A DNA stretch of 64,000 nt from positions 26,292 through 90,291 of IMG/VR virus record IMGVR_UViG_3300025889_009691. One strand, 5' to 3'. This stretch comes from a virus. Positions 48,301-57,787 of the stretch are shown here, in pieces. The notes beneath the pieces were generated by a model. That model did no database searches, had not been told where the DNA came from, and saw only the letters and a list, made by a program, of their open reading frames with translations. Position 1 is the stretch's first letter; the number at the start of each line of letters is the position of its first letter. The position numbers and the translations under genes were made by a program.

Positions 48301-49015
48301 GCTGTCTATTGAAGTTGTTGCGACCGGAGACGCTTTTGGTACAGGTACTGCTGCTGGCGGTAACGCTGTAGCATTCTTTGAGCCTGACACTATCGACACA
48401 ATTGATAGCGCTACAGAGTCTAGCGGTACTGACGATCAGGGAGCTACTTGGACTTTGACACGTGGCTGGCCTACAGGCGGCACATACTCTCCCAGTCAGC
48501 CTATTGACAAAGACATGATTCATATGTATGAATCGTCACCTAAAATTGCTAACGCTCCTTCCCTTGAGCATTGGTCTCCGTTCTCTGTAGTGATGCACGT
48601 GCGTAGGTTCTGGACTGGTACTGAAGGCGTTGATACGTTTGATGTTTTAAAAATTCAAAATGCTGATGGCCACGGCCTGCACATCTACTACGACGGGCCT
48701 AAACTTAAAGCAGACTATACTGATGGTACGGAGACTGAATCTGTAGAGTGGACTGAATCCCCTGATTACGGTTCTTGGCATCGGGTTGTTGTGCGTCGAA
48801 ACAAAACAAATCTAAGTTTGGTGGTTGATGGCACTAGTATTGATACGGCTTCTGTTGCTTTAACTTCGCCGTTCTCAGCAGAAACTAGTCTGGCATTTTT
48901 GAGCGAAGGAGCGTTGAGTTCTTGGGTTCCTCGTTTCGGTTTGGCCCATTTTGGTTTCTTCTCTAGGTACCTTGAAGATAATGAAATAACGCTTCTTGAG
49001 AGCGAAATTTCATAG
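45398..49015 (+). CDS. Large baseplate wedge/tail protein (P2 gpI-like core, C-terminal LamG-like domain)
   Basis: Follows the J-like gene; LP.F...D...PL..YL, DP.TA....L.WLA...G; C-terminal W..V...R......L.VDG. Confidence 0.6.
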   Translation: MSHRVINAFSRTNRDFDNTGNFATSFASFTIDVDTDLSSETTFAAGDASISFTDSGTGIVYYYDNEEFTTDASGDAVGVQFTATVAGATENDTNYGGYVTAGTTSWDRVSGDWSGVTSSTFSNISAISGGSTANGEWKMLKGDRDNRLKVIDFPLYPTYIPNEAAPYRLNSLVVRAGVQDPVSDIVIVSPYVAVEAEKDFNAGIAAVAVIGGFDFTLDVEFAANTSGSAEDIIAHTTTTSATEAAESKAFPLFGYFKSPVGAQYARLKVTVSGIDTAAISRNDMFALFDPFMTSIGIEEMGDVSASIYNSLPSFMLLDDLNINDLVSSSAGFQANQPLRRYLETLATKVDEVYTELKEFRYDRAIAGTEHKSKLTDPDTALSAYLFWLASVTGSTLLINSSGFSPWAALEEYEGAPVSGDPGEWEDLESLDDWLALQDVDPDFFDTTQSFRDQLRTGFTGLNGGRPDTIETFVRTMLQSATASTDAVVVRNEDMDNPFRVEVLIDPNSDPDPTGSLVADAVNNGLSAGTFGTKTTQVMQSGRGTYDFSEVVYPNTESDENAAGSVIYGQPLISDYDNHIRHIVLNTTSASASIPELGGGVADSHYAAESAYFYGDVSSSTPGSLTTASSSLADLSAATSYDIIAVLTDVTPPTAAVYSGTGTGTPDPYLFREKRLIVAGTDSSGSDNDWALYMVSGLTPSADNSARLLFVDGFQTENSTNYAYSDPIDGTIFSQHKDICVRFTKDASNNYTFAIQNTLYDDWSDNTIGTGSFTPVSASGGADSGVQVLGELDNSLWSDASPLSCAVKRVMLFNSEIVFTGESDTSSADHAVVNGDSVDDYGLFSYTPTIDIDLSAVTKYASTFNATSYDSGTTGSLAVTVNTASSNDIDILAMRKHSTYGSLWHFGNTYGSGNGDDLVVSGLTSGTYDWTVFKITPSTGAIDSSSTGTTGAGVTSITFSADDYSGNTVLSIEVVATGDAFGTGTAAGGNAVAFFEPDTIDTIDSATESSGTDDQGATWTLTRGWPTGGTYSPSQPIDKDMIHMYESSPKIANAPSLEHWSPFSVVMHVRRFWTGTEGVDTFDVLKIQNADGHGLHIYYDGPKLKADYTDGTETESVEWTESPDYGSWHRVVVRRNKTNLSLVVDGTSIDTASVALTSPFSAETSLAFLSEGALSSWVPRFGLAHFGFFSRYLEDNEITLLESEIS

Positions 49016-49044
49016 TAGAATACTTGTAGGAAAGGACTATTCTC

Positions 49045-50484
49045 ATGGCTGTTACGCAAACAACTCGCTTCCAACTATATCGCTGGAGTTCTGGTGCTGA
49101 CCAGTTTACCCGTGCACAGATGACCGAATCTCATGATAACCTTGAGGCGGAAGGTGCAGGTTATTCTCAGGCAGGGTCACGTCCTGCTGCGGCTGCAGAG
49201 TACGAAGGCTTCTTCCATTATGACTCTACAGACAGTTCTGTAGGCACGTTGTCGTACTGTAACGGTACGGCTTGGTTTGATGTGGGCGCTCCAGGGTCTG
49301 TTACTTCTCTGGATGGTGCCACGAGTGATGGTACGTCTAACTTTTTTGCACGTGCGGATCATACCCACGCTTTGGATGACAGTATTGTCACTACAGCTAA
49401 GCTTAATGATTTAGCGGTTACGACTGGTAAGCTAAATGATCTGGCTGTCACGACTGGCAAGATCGCTGCTTCTGCTGTTACTAACGCCAAGCTTGGTTCC
49501 GATTTGGATGCTTCTAAGTTGACGGCTGGTACATTACCGGCTGCCCGTATTGGTTCTGCCGCTATCACGAACGATAAGTTGGCTTCTGATTTGGATGCCA
49601 CGAAGTTATCTACTGGCGAGTTGTCTATGGATCGTATTGCGACTAGCGCAATTACTCATGAGAAAATTGAGGATTCTGTTGGTTTGTCGGTGGTGGGTCG
49701 TTCAGCTAACTCTACGGGTGTTGTAGCAGATATTACGGCGGCTTCTGATAATCAGGTGCTTCGACGTAGCGGTACTTCTATCGGGTTTGGTACGGTAGCT
49801 ACTGATGGTATTGCTGCTAATGCTGTGACTGTTGATAAGGTGGAGCAGGTTGCTGGGCATGGTATTTTGGCTCGTGTGGCTGGTACGACTGGTAATTTGT
49901 CTGAGTTGACTGCTGGCACGAACACTGTTTTGAATCGTGGTGCTTCTGGCAATCTGCAGTTTACTTCTGTTACGAACGATATGCTTGCTGGTAGTATTAC
50001 TAGTGATAAGATAACTTCTCTTGATGCGACTAAGTTGACTGGTACTATTGATTCTGCTCGTCTTCCTGCAGACGTTGAGTTGGGTACGAACACTACAGGT
50101 AATTATGCTGCGGCAGTTGCTGTGTCAGGGTCTGGTCTTGACATTTCTGGAACAGCCGGTGAAGGCACAATCTTTACCCTTTCACACGCTGATACTTCTA
50201 CAATTGCAGGAAATCAGGGTGGACTTACTGACAGTGGTATTGTTATTGAAGATATTACTGTTGACGGTTTTGGTCATGTTACTGCGGTAGATACCGTTAA
50301 CCTTAACAACATCTACTATACAAGAGAACTCGCAGAGAGTTTGTTCACAGACACCGCCAGAAAATCGTATGGCGGCTCCACGACCACTTCTCGAAACTCA
50401 AACGCTTACCACAACATTTTCGTTACCGGGTCCACACCGTCTACGTCTGGTGCGAAGGCTGGCGATATTTGGTTTGAGACATAA
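49045..50484 (+). CDS. Tail fibre protein
   Basis: AVTT.KL repeats, ARADHTH, VDGFGHVT, C-terminal GDIWF. Confidence 0.7.
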   Translation: MAVTQTTRFQLYRWSSGADQFTRAQMTESHDNLEAEGAGYSQAGSRPAAAAEYEGFFHYDSTDSSVGTLSYCNGTAWFDVGAPGSVTSLDGATSDGTSNFFARADHTHALDDSIVTTAKLNDLAVTTGKLNDLAVTTGKIAASAVTNAKLGSDLDASKLTAGTLPAARIGSAAITNDKLASDLDATKLSTGELSMDRIATSAITHEKIEDSVGLSVVGRSANSTGVVADITAASDNQVLRRSGTSIGFGTVATDGIAANAVTVDKVEQVAGHGILARVAGTTGNLSELTAGTNTVLNRGASGNLQFTSVTNDMLAGSITSDKITSLDATKLTGTIDSARLPADVELGTNTTGNYAAAVAVSGSGLDISGTAGEGTIFTLSHADTSTIAGNQGGLTDSGIVIEDITVDGFGHVTAVDTVNLNNIYYTRELAESLFTDTARKSYGGSTTTSRNSNAYHNIFVTGSTPSTSGAKAGDIWFET

Positions 50485-50495
50485 GGAGCACTAGT

Positions 50496-51278
50496 ATGGG
50501 TATTCACTATATGCCTACTGATGGTGGTTCTTGGACTGAAATTCCTGCTGGCGACGCTAAATACTATGATTCTTCAAGCGGCACGTGGAAAGTAATTAAA
50601 AAGGGCTATTATATGCCGACTGATGGCGGTTCGTGGACACAGTTCTACACTGGTTCTGATCCGATCACGATAACGATGCGTCCAAATGGTTTCAGTTCGT
50701 ATCCGACACGATTTGCTCGTGGTTCAAGTTGGGGCACCACTTCTAACGGTCCTGCAGGCGGTACTGAGGGCGTTAGAACAATTGCTTGCGGCAGGTACTT
50801 TACTGGGGCAAACACGCAGAGATACTACGGCGTGATGAACTTTGCGTTCACGAGCAACGCCACGTTTCTGCAGGATGAGCTTGATGAACGCCCGGTTGTA
50901 TCATCCGCTACGCTTCGACTTACACGAGACACTGTGACGCATGGAAAGTCCATTCCGGGCAGTAGTACTATTTACATTTCGCCTTATAACGGAAACACGA
51001 CGACTTCTTCGCCTAACACTTCCGATGTTGACTTGTCAAAAAGAGTGTCAGCTTCGTCAACCGGGTTAACTAGAGGCTCTGATATTACAATCGATTTGAA
51101 TCAAACGATTATTGACGAGTTGGCTTCAACTGGGAATCTTGCTATCACAAACGTCAGCTCTGGTTTAGCTGACTACGGGGCAAGTTTAGATGAAAACTAT
51201 TTGTGGTTCTTTGGCATCAACAACACGTCAGATGCAAACAAGCAGCCGCTTATCACAATGACATTAGACTACACCTAA
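50496..51278 (+). CDS. Fibre-associated/adhesin-like protein
   Basis: AAGGAG SD; duplicated YMPTDGGSWT motif; C-terminal beta-sandwich-like VSSATLRL...P.I...Y. Confidence 0.55.
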   Translation: MGIHYMPTDGGSWTEIPAGDAKYYDSSSGTWKVIKKGYYMPTDGGSWTQFYTGSDPITITMRPNGFSSYPTRFARGSSWGTTSNGPAGGTEGVRTIACGRYFTGANTQRYYGVMNFAFTSNATFLQDELDERPVVSSATLRLTRDTVTHGKSIPGSSTIYISPYNGNTTTSSPNTSDVDLSKRVSASSTGLTRGSDITIDLNQTIIDELASTGNLAITNVSSGLADYGASLDENYLWFFGINNTSDANKQPLITMTLDYT

Positions 51279-51323
51279 CAGCCTCCAAGGAGGTAAGGTT
51301 ACAACAAACAAAGGAGGGCTGAC

Positions 51324-51623
51324 ATGTGGTCAGAATTTATGAACATGACTATACCTGCCCTCGTAGGCTCAGGCGTCACTTTCACCGGCCTTATACTTTC
51401 AAGCAGACTAAAAAGCAAAAAACTAAACATGGAAGTAGACGCTGCACAAGACTTTGTGTGGCTAGATTTAGTCAAGCAAAGTCGTATAGAATACGCTTTA
51501 CAGCGAAAAGAAAACAACAGGCTGCGGTACATTGTTCATCATTTGCAAGAAGAAATTTCAGACCTTGAACGCAAAAACGCAGACCTAACTCAGCAAATAG
51601 TTGATCTAAAATCCCAAACATAG
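51324..51623 (+). CDS. Single-TM plus coiled-coil protein (holin-like or lysis-associated, unconfirmed)
   Basis: AAGGAGG SD; N-terminal hydrophobic helix, heptad C-terminus. Confidence 0.5.
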   Translation: MWSEFMNMTIPALVGSGVTFTGLILSSRLKSKKLNMEVDAAQDFVWLDLVKQSRIEYALQRKENNRLRYIVHHLQEEISDLERKNADLTQQIVDLKSQT

Positions 51624-51636
51624 TCAGGAACATAAC

Positions 51637-51945
51637 ATGAGCGAGCCAGTACCATTCAACGAAAGAGACGACGAAGACTCTGTAGACGATTTGCTGGCTA
51701 TGCTAGCAGATGCAGTTACAGACACTGACAGTCCTCAAGATATGGTCCACGAACTAGTCAACAACGTCTTTGAATCTACTGACCAGATCGCTGTGCTAGG
51801 TAACTTTGTTTTTATCGGTGAAATTGTCGATGAAGAAGGTTTATCACGTTTGATGGTTGTAACGTCTGACAATTTACCGGAGTGGATTGCTCGTGGCATG
51901 ATGTCTACGGCTGAAGACTATATTATGGGTGGGCCGTTAGAATGA
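51637..51945 (+). CDS. Acidic hypothetical protein
   Basis: ORF with AGGA SD. Confidence 0.65.
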   Translation: MSEPVPFNERDDEDSVDDLLAMLADAVTDTDSPQDMVHELVNNVFESTDQIAVLGNFVFIGEIVDEEGLSRLMVVTSDNLPEWIARGMMSTAEDYIMGGPLE

Positions 51946-52283
51946 CAGCCGGTAGATACGACATTGACTGTGTGAAAGGTTCTCCGTTATCTAAAACATT
52001 AACGATCAAGAATCCAGACAACCAAAACGCTGATTTGAATATTTGGGCTTCCCGTATGCAGTTGCGGAAAACTTCTGCGTCTCCCACGGCAACTTTAGAG
52101 CTTACAACTTCTAATGGTAGACTAGAGCATGATGTGGATGCTGCTACAATAAGTATAAGCCTATCGTCCGACGAAACAGATGAGTTGGCTGTGGGTAGTT
52201 ACGTTTATGATTTGGAGTTATACACAACTGAGGGGTCTCCTACAGTCCTTCGGTTGGTTCAAGGGTTCTTTACGGTGAGTTAA
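51942..52283 (+). CDS. Virion structural protein, paralogue of 42528
   Basis: AG.YD....G, RMQ.R, ELTT.NGR, YVYDLEL, RLVQG.F.V. Confidence 0.7.
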   Translation: MTAGRYDIDCVKGSPLSKTLTIKNPDNQNADLNIWASRMQLRKTSASPTATLELTTSNGRLEHDVDAATISISLSSDETDELAVGSYVYDLELYTTEGSPTVLRLVQGFFTVS

Positions 52284-52793
52284 ATGTCAGATTACACGGT
52301 GAGTATTGTAGAAGCTGAATCCAATACCATTTCGGTTGAAGAGCAAGCGTCTGCTAACGTTACAATTCAAGATATTCTTAACTCGGTTACGGTGTCCGAA
52401 ACTGACGCTAATAGCGTTACTGTCGTGGCGTCTACGTTTGTTAACTCTGAAGGTTCTGCGTCTAGCCTTTATTATTCGACAGGCGACCCTTCTGATGCTT
52501 TGGGGTCTGAAGGTGATTTTTATATTGATACGTCAATTGGTAAACTGTGGGGACCGAGGAGTGAATCTTCTTGGGCGTCTGACCCGTTGCCGCTTATTCC
52601 TAAACGACACACTCATACGCAATCGGTTGCTTCTAGCAGTTGGACTATTTCGCATGCTTTGGACGGTTATCCGTCGGTAACTGTTGTTGATTCTGCAGGG
52701 ACAGTTGTTGTCGGTAAGGTATCATATAATAGTACCAGTAGTGTCACGGTTGACTTTCAAGGGTCTTTTACTGGTTTGGCTTATTTAACTTAA
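52284..52793 (+). CDS. Virion structural/fibre-associated protein
   Basis: G.P....G..GDFYID, HTQ..ASS.W.I.H.L..YPSV.VVD...F...F.G.AYL. Confidence 0.6.
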   Translation: MSDYTVSIVEAESNTISVEEQASANVTIQDILNSVTVSETDANSVTVVASTFVNSEGSASSLYYSTGDPSDALGSEGDFYIDTSIGKLWGPRSESSWASDPLPLIPKRHTHTQSVASSSWTISHALDGYPSVTVVDSAGTVVVGKVSYNSTSSVTVDFQGSFTGLAYLT

Positions 52794-52803
52794 TGGAGGA
52801 AAA

Positions 52804-54474
52804 GTGGCCCAAAAATTCTTAACTAATCTTGATTTGAATAAAAATGAGCTGCAGAATGCTAAGGTTCAGAACCTGGCTACGGCTCCTTCAAGTCCTGCTA
52901 CTGGTCAAATCTACTTTGACACGGTAGATGGTGAGCTTTATGTTTATGACGGTTCTTCGTGGGTTGGCCTGCAGGAGCAGGGTGACATCACGGCTGTTAC
53001 TGCTGGCACTAACCTTAACGGCGGCGGCACGACAGGTGCTGTCACTGTAAACCTAGATACTACGATCACTGGGCTTACTTCTGTAACGTCAACCGGCTTT
53101 ACTGGTGCTCTTACGGGTAATGCTGACACGGCTACTGCTCTTGAGACTGCCCGTACCATTGGTGGCGTTTCGTTTGATGGTTCTGCAAACATTGACCTTC
53201 CGGGCGTAAACACTTCAGGCACTCAGGACACGAGCGGTAATGCTGCGACGGCCACGGCCCTGGAAACAGCTAGAACGATCGCTGGCACCTCCTTTGACGG
53301 AACCGCAAATATCGACATTGACGCAAATAACCTGACAGGGAACACTCTTAACTCTGGCGTTACTGCTTCTTCTCTGACAAGCGTCGGCACGCTTACAGGC
53401 TTGACTGTATCCGGTCTTATTACCGCTAACGGTGGCCTAACGATTCAAGCCACGGATACGTTTACGTTTGATAGCGTGGCGTTGACCACGGTCCAGACAA
53501 GCGGCGAGTCTTTTGCTGATAACGATACGTCGTTGATGACTTCAGCAGCGATCAACGACTTGGTTGGTTCGAGCGGCGTCACGAGCCTTACTGGTACCGC
53601 AGGCGAGGTTGAAGTAGATACTACTACCGGCGATATTACGATTGGGTTGCCGGACAACGTTACTATCTCGGGCAACCTTACGGTAAATGGTGATACTACC
53701 ACGGTAAACACAGCTACTCTTTCTGTTGAAGACCCGCTGATTGTTCTTGCTAACGGAAACAACGCTACCGACTCGGTAGACATTGGTTTCTACGGCCTGT
53801 ATGACACTTCTGGTTCGCAGGACCTTTACGCTGGCCTTTTCCGTGACGCTAACGACAGCGGCAAGTTCAAGCTGTTCGCTGATCTCCAGGCTGAGCCTAC
53901 CACTACGGTTGATACTGGTGGTGCGGGTTACACGGCGGCTACGCTGGTCGTGGGCACGCTGGAAGGTGCTGTCACTGGTAACGTGACTGGTGATGTTACG
54001 GGTAACGCTGATACTGCTACGGCTCTTGAGACTGCACGCACGATCAACGGCACGTCGTTCGACGGTACAGCTAACATCGTAGTTACCGCAGCAGCAGACA
54101 CTCTTACTGAAACTGAACTAAACTCGTCGGTTGTTACTTCGTCGTTGACGGCTGTGGGCACAATCGCTACGGGCGTGTGGCAAGCAACTGATGTTGGAGT
54201 TGCCCACGGTGGTACAGGCGCTTCGACCGCTGCCGGTGCAAAAACTAACCTCGGCTTCGTTGGTCGGCACGCTGAAACGATCGGTGATAACGCCGCTACG
54301 TCTATTGCTGTCACACATAACTTCGGGACCGATGATGTTGTCGTAGAGGTCTACGATGCTTCCACGAAGGAAACTGTCATTTGTGACGTTGATCGAACAA
54401 GCACGAATGCGGTCACGTTGACGTTCTCTACAGCCCCTGACACTGACTCTCTCCGAGTGGTTGTTATTGGCTGA
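52804..54474 (+). CDS. Fibre-like structural protein with three GNA.TATALETARTI.G.SFDG.ANI repeats
   Basis: GGAGG SD with GTG start; DL..NELQNA..QNL N-terminus; Thr/Gly-rich repeats. Confidence 0.7.
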   Translation: MAQKFLTNLDLNKNELQNAKVQNLATAPSSPATGQIYFDTVDGELYVYDGSSWVGLQEQGDITAVTAGTNLNGGGTTGAVTVNLDTTITGLTSVTSTGFTGALTGNADTATALETARTIGGVSFDGSANIDLPGVNTSGTQDTSGNAATATALETARTIAGTSFDGTANIDIDANNLTGNTLNSGVTASSLTSVGTLTGLTVSGLITANGGLTIQATDTFTFDSVALTTVQTSGESFADNDTSLMTSAAINDLVGSSGVTSLTGTAGEVEVDTTTGDITIGLPDNVTISGNLTVNGDTTTVNTATLSVEDPLIVLANGNNATDSVDIGFYGLYDTSGSQDLYAGLFRDANDSGKFKLFADLQAEPTTTVDTGGAGYTAATLVVGTLEGAVTGNVTGDVTGNADTATALETARTINGTSFDGTANIVVTAAADTLTETELNSSVVTSSLTAVGTIATGVWQATDVGVAHGGTGASTAAGAKTNLGFVGRHAETIGDNAATSIAVTHNFGTDDVVVEVYDASTKETVICDVDRTSTNAVTLTFSTAPDTDSLRVVVIG

Positions 54475-54480
54475 TAAGAT

Positions 54481-54609
54481 GTCACGGGGAAATACTCGTG
54501 GCGCTACTGCGGGTCCAGACGACAGTTGGGATCAGTAGTTACTCCGCCGTGCAGGCAGGAAATACCCGACAGGGGGCGGAACTGGTTGTAGAACTGGTTC
54601 CGCCTCTTG
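54481..54609 (+). ncRNA. Candidate structured RNA ending in an 18-bp terminator-like hairpin
   Basis: Hairpins at 54481-54502, 54503-54539, 54546-54556 and 54570-54609; GGAAATAC occurs twice. Confidence 0.4.
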
Positions 54610-54664
54610 TGTTATAATAGAGTTGTGAGCTTTATGACTGTGATGTGGAAGGGCGGTTGGTGCC

Positions 54665-55696
54665 GTGGCTAAAAGTTTTAAGACTGGTCTTACTGCTGAC
54701 GGTACAGTTTCAGCAACGGCTTTAGAAGTTACTGGCGAGTTTACGCTTCCCACTGCTGACGGTTCTTTAGATCAGGTTTTGGTAACGAATGGTTCTGGTA
54801 CGGTTACGTGGCAGGATCAGTCTGGCGGTGGTGGTGGCACAACTATTCCTGCGGGTACTGTAGTCATGTATGGTGGCGGTACGGCACCTTCGGGTTGGTT
54901 GGTGTGTGACGGCTCTGCTGTTTCTCGAACAACCTATTCTAGCTTGTTTACGGCGATCAGTACCCGTTATGGTACGGGTGATGGCTCTACCACGTTTAAT
55001 CTTCCTGGGACTTCGGCGCTTGTTCCTGTTGGTATTGCTGCGAGCGGTAATGCTGATGGTACTACGGTTAGTGGTTCGTCTACGTTGAACGCTTTGGCTT
55101 TGGGGGATCAGTCAGCGGATCATGCTCATACGATTACTTCTAACGCAGGTGATCAGTCTGCTGACCACTCTCATACGATTACTGTAGCTAACGCTAACGC
55201 CAACCATTCGCATACGATCACGGTTGCTAACGCTAACGCTAACCACTCGCATACGATTACGGTTGCTAACGCTAATGCTAATCATAGCCATTCTTGGTCG
55301 AAGAACTTTAACACGACAAACCAGAACGCTTCTCATACGCACGGTTATTTTAAGACTAACAACAGCAACGTTGATGCCAACACAAATAACCAGAATGCTT
55401 CGCACTCTCACAACTTCAACTCTGGTACTGTGAACACGAACGCTGCGAACGCTGGCCACTCCCACAACGCTAACTCAGCCGCTGCTAACGCTGGACACTC
55501 TCACGATGCTAACTCAGCCGCCGCTAACGCCAATCATAGCCATAACGCCAGCTCAGGCAACAATTCCGCTAACCATAACCATACGATTACGTCAAACGCT
55601 GGTAACCAGTCTGCCAACCACAATCACGCATTGACATCTTCAACAGTTTCAACTACTATAAACGTAGAACCGTTCCTGTTTATTATTAAGACCTGA
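54665..55696 (+). CDS. Tail-collar-domain fibre with 12 HxH motifs
   Basis: PAGTV.MY.G..AP.GWL.CDG.AVSRT.Y..LF.AI...YG.GDG.TTFNLP; HxH repeats; C-terminal FIIKT. Confidence 0.85.
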   Translation: MAKSFKTGLTADGTVSATALEVTGEFTLPTADGSLDQVLVTNGSGTVTWQDQSGGGGGTTIPAGTVVMYGGGTAPSGWLVCDGSAVSRTTYSSLFTAISTRYGTGDGSTTFNLPGTSALVPVGIAASGNADGTTVSGSSTLNALALGDQSADHAHTITSNAGDQSADHSHTITVANANANHSHTITVANANANHSHTITVANANANHSHSWSKNFNTTNQNASHTHGYFKTNNSNVDANTNNQNASHSHNFNSGTVNTNAANAGHSHNANSAAANAGHSHDANSAAANANHSHNASSGNNSANHNHTITSNAGNQSANHNHALTSSTVSTTINVEPFLFIIKT

Positions 55697-55711
55697 TGGA
55701 GAAAAATTGTA

Positions 55712-56467
55712 ATGCCGTTTTCAGAACACCCTGAACATCTGGGCGGGGTAGGTTACTTCAACAAGCTACCCGCTAGAACTGTTACACAAGACGGATCAAC
55801 GTGGACCATTGACAATACAAAAGGACTTTTTGCATTTACGCAGCTAGTTCCAGACATTCCTGTAGAAGCAGCAGTCGATGGTGACGGGCAAGCTATTGAG
55901 CGTTGCGACGCTGGCCGTAATCAGCACGGGCCGATTGCGTTTCACACTTGGGACGAAACTGCTCAAGAGTGCAGTTGCGGTGCAGACACTGCGGCTGATC
56001 CTTTGACTGGTAATCATTTCATCCTTTTCCACGAAATTACTTTTGTTGGTTCTGTGTTTGGTAGTGCTGCTATTGGCGGTCAGGTTATTTATCTTGAGTC
56101 TTCAGATGCTGACGCTGAGGTACTTACGGTTGCTAATCGCCACTCTGCCTCGGCACGTACTATTCAAGAGCTGCTTCGGTTGATGATGGAGTGGGAGATT
56201 GCTGGCACCGATTTTGGTTCTACGGAAGCCATGGTTGGTGTTGCTACGGAAATGCTGTCAGGTCTAAACATGCCGGATGATGTTAGAGACTGGATTTGGA
56301 CGAACGTTCCTCCCAACAAGGTGCAGAAGTATCTAGAAGGGCGTGAGGATGCTCAGGTTGCTGACCCGCCACCTGACATCACCGGAACAATTGTTGAAGA
56401 TTGGCTTGTGCCTCTCATTACTGAATCGCCACAGATTGGCTTCATGCCAACGGGGAGTGGATCGTGA
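55712..56467 (+). CDS. Hypothetical protein (possibly fibre-associated)
   Basis: GGAG SD; long ORF. Confidence 0.65.
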   Translation: MPFSEHPEHLGGVGYFNKLPARTVTQDGSTWTIDNTKGLFAFTQLVPDIPVEAAVDGDGQAIERCDAGRNQHGPIAFHTWDETAQECSCGADTAADPLTGNHFILFHEITFVGSVFGSAAIGGQVIYLESSDADAEVLTVANRHSASARTIQELLRLMMEWEIAGTDFGSTEAMVGVATEMLSGLNMPDDVRDWIWTNVPPNKVQKYLEGREDAQVADPPPDITGTIVEDWLVPLITESPQIGFMPTGSGS

Positions 56468-57207
56468 ATATAGAGTTTCCGTTAGGAAAGTGGTCAGGCA
56501 TCGGGATTTACGACGATGTTGTAGACAAGGCCGCATGTCAGAACATTATTGATCTAGTTGAACGTCATTGGAACCGGCTAGAAGAAATGCAAGTTCTGAA
56601 CCCCGGTAAAATGGTCGGTGGTGTGGACCAATCTATCAAAAACTCAACCGACATGAACATCTCTGCCGCCATGGGAGACGAACTGTACTCCATGGGTGGA
56701 GGCTGGTCCGAGCAAGACATTCACGCCGGACTAGTAAAGTGCGTTAACCACTACGTCAACCAGTACCCTGGGCTAAGCCAGCAGTGCTTCCCCCTGCAAG
56801 ACATGGGTTACCAGTTCCAAAAGTACGATGTTGGCTACGGCAAGTACGACGAACATATCGACGGTGGACCTTTCGGCAGTTCATTTGACAGAATGCTGGC
56901 TGTCATTGTTTACCTTAACGACGTTGACGAAGGTGGAGAAACTACCTTCACCCGTCAGGAGCTTTCCGTTAAGCCCGTAGCAGGCAGAGTGCTTATTTTC
57001 CCGTGCCACTGGCTGTACCCGCACCGTGGTGAGATTTCGTTTGATAAAGACAAGTACATTATTACTACGTTTATTATGCAGGAAGACATGAATCATTTGA
57101 TTCAGCGTCCTGATGAGATGCAAGGTCATTTCCACGATCATTTCAATGAAGAGGACCTTCCTAACTATCACGGTCCTGATCACGACCACGATCACGTTCA
57201 TGAGTGA
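56464..57207 (+). CDS. 2OG-Fe(II) oxygenase (prolyl-4-hydroxylase-like) with a His-rich tail
   Basis: QKY..G.G.Y..HID, R.LA..VYLNDV.EGGET.F, P..GR..IFP..W.YPH.G, KYI. Confidence 0.88.
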   Translation: MNIEFPLGKWSGIGIYDDVVDKAACQNIIDLVERHWNRLEEMQVLNPGKMVGGVDQSIKNSTDMNISAAMGDELYSMGGGWSEQDIHAGLVKCVNHYVNQYPGLSQQCFPLQDMGYQFQKYDVGYGKYDEHIDGGPFGSSFDRMLAVIVYLNDVDEGGETTFTRQELSVKPVAGRVLIFPCHWLYPHRGEISFDKDKYIITTFIMQEDMNHLIQRPDEMQGHFHDHFNEEDLPNYHGPDHDHDHVHE

Positions 57208-57751
57208 AAAAGATTTTAAGTTTCTACAATGGGCAGATCAGGGAGCCAAGCTTTTCTCTACCTGTTCTAAAAGCCAGTACATGGCTATCATTGTTGACTC
57301 TGAAGGTTTTGTTCTTGGTGTAGGCTACAACGGTTCTCCTCGTGGCGCTGCTCACTGCAACGAAGGTGCATGTCCTCGTGCTCTTGCAGGAAGCGATCAT
57401 AAGTCATCTGACTACAGTGACTGCATCGCTGTTCACGCTGAAGCTAATGCGTTGCTCCACAGCGACTTTAACGCCCGTGCCCGCATGGGCGGTGTTGCGA
57501 TGTATGTTAACGGTGAGCCTTGCCTTGAGTGCGCTAAGCTTATTGCGAACAGCGGCGTCAGGATTGTGTATGGTATTAGAGAAAACCGTCCGGCGCTTTC
57601 TAAGGTAGAGGAAGTGTTTGTTGCGTCTAGCATTGATTTGATTCTGTATGATAGGGATGAAGTTATGCCGGTACCGAAGCCTGAGATGAAGTATGCTGAT
57701 TCTCATTCGTTTACTCGGTGGAAAGAATGGTCTAGGCCGGGTAAAAGTTGA
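57200..57751 (+). CDS. dCMP deaminase
   Basis: STC, GYNG.P.G..HC...C.R, C.AVHAEANA, PCLECAK.I..SG; start at ATG 57200. Confidence 0.88.
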   Translation: MSEKDFKFLQWADQGAKLFSTCSKSQYMAIIVDSEGFVLGVGYNGSPRGAAHCNEGACPRALAGSDHKSSDYSDCIAVHAEANALLHSDFNARARMGGVAMYVNGEPCLECAKLIANSGVRIVYGIRENRPALSKVEEVFVASSIDLILYDRDEVMPVPKPEMKYADSHSFTRWKEWSRPGKS

Positions 57752-57787
57752 CTTGCCTAGTAAGAGGCTAAGTGATAGGATATAAAC

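Noticed and set aside
21499-49015. Bacterial extracellular contractile injection system rather than a phage
   Set aside because: Capsid, head-tail connector, long tape measure, DNA polymerase and tRNAs show this is a phage genome
54481-54609. Assignment to twister, twister-sister, hammerhead or ykkC families
   Set aside because: Only short fragments resemble those consensuses and the complete cores are missing, so it is left unassigned
55100-55660. AAC-rich repeats as a diversity-generating retroelement template or variable region
   Set aside because: No reverse transcriptase in the window and no second copy differing only at adenines; the repeats are in-frame HxH fibre units
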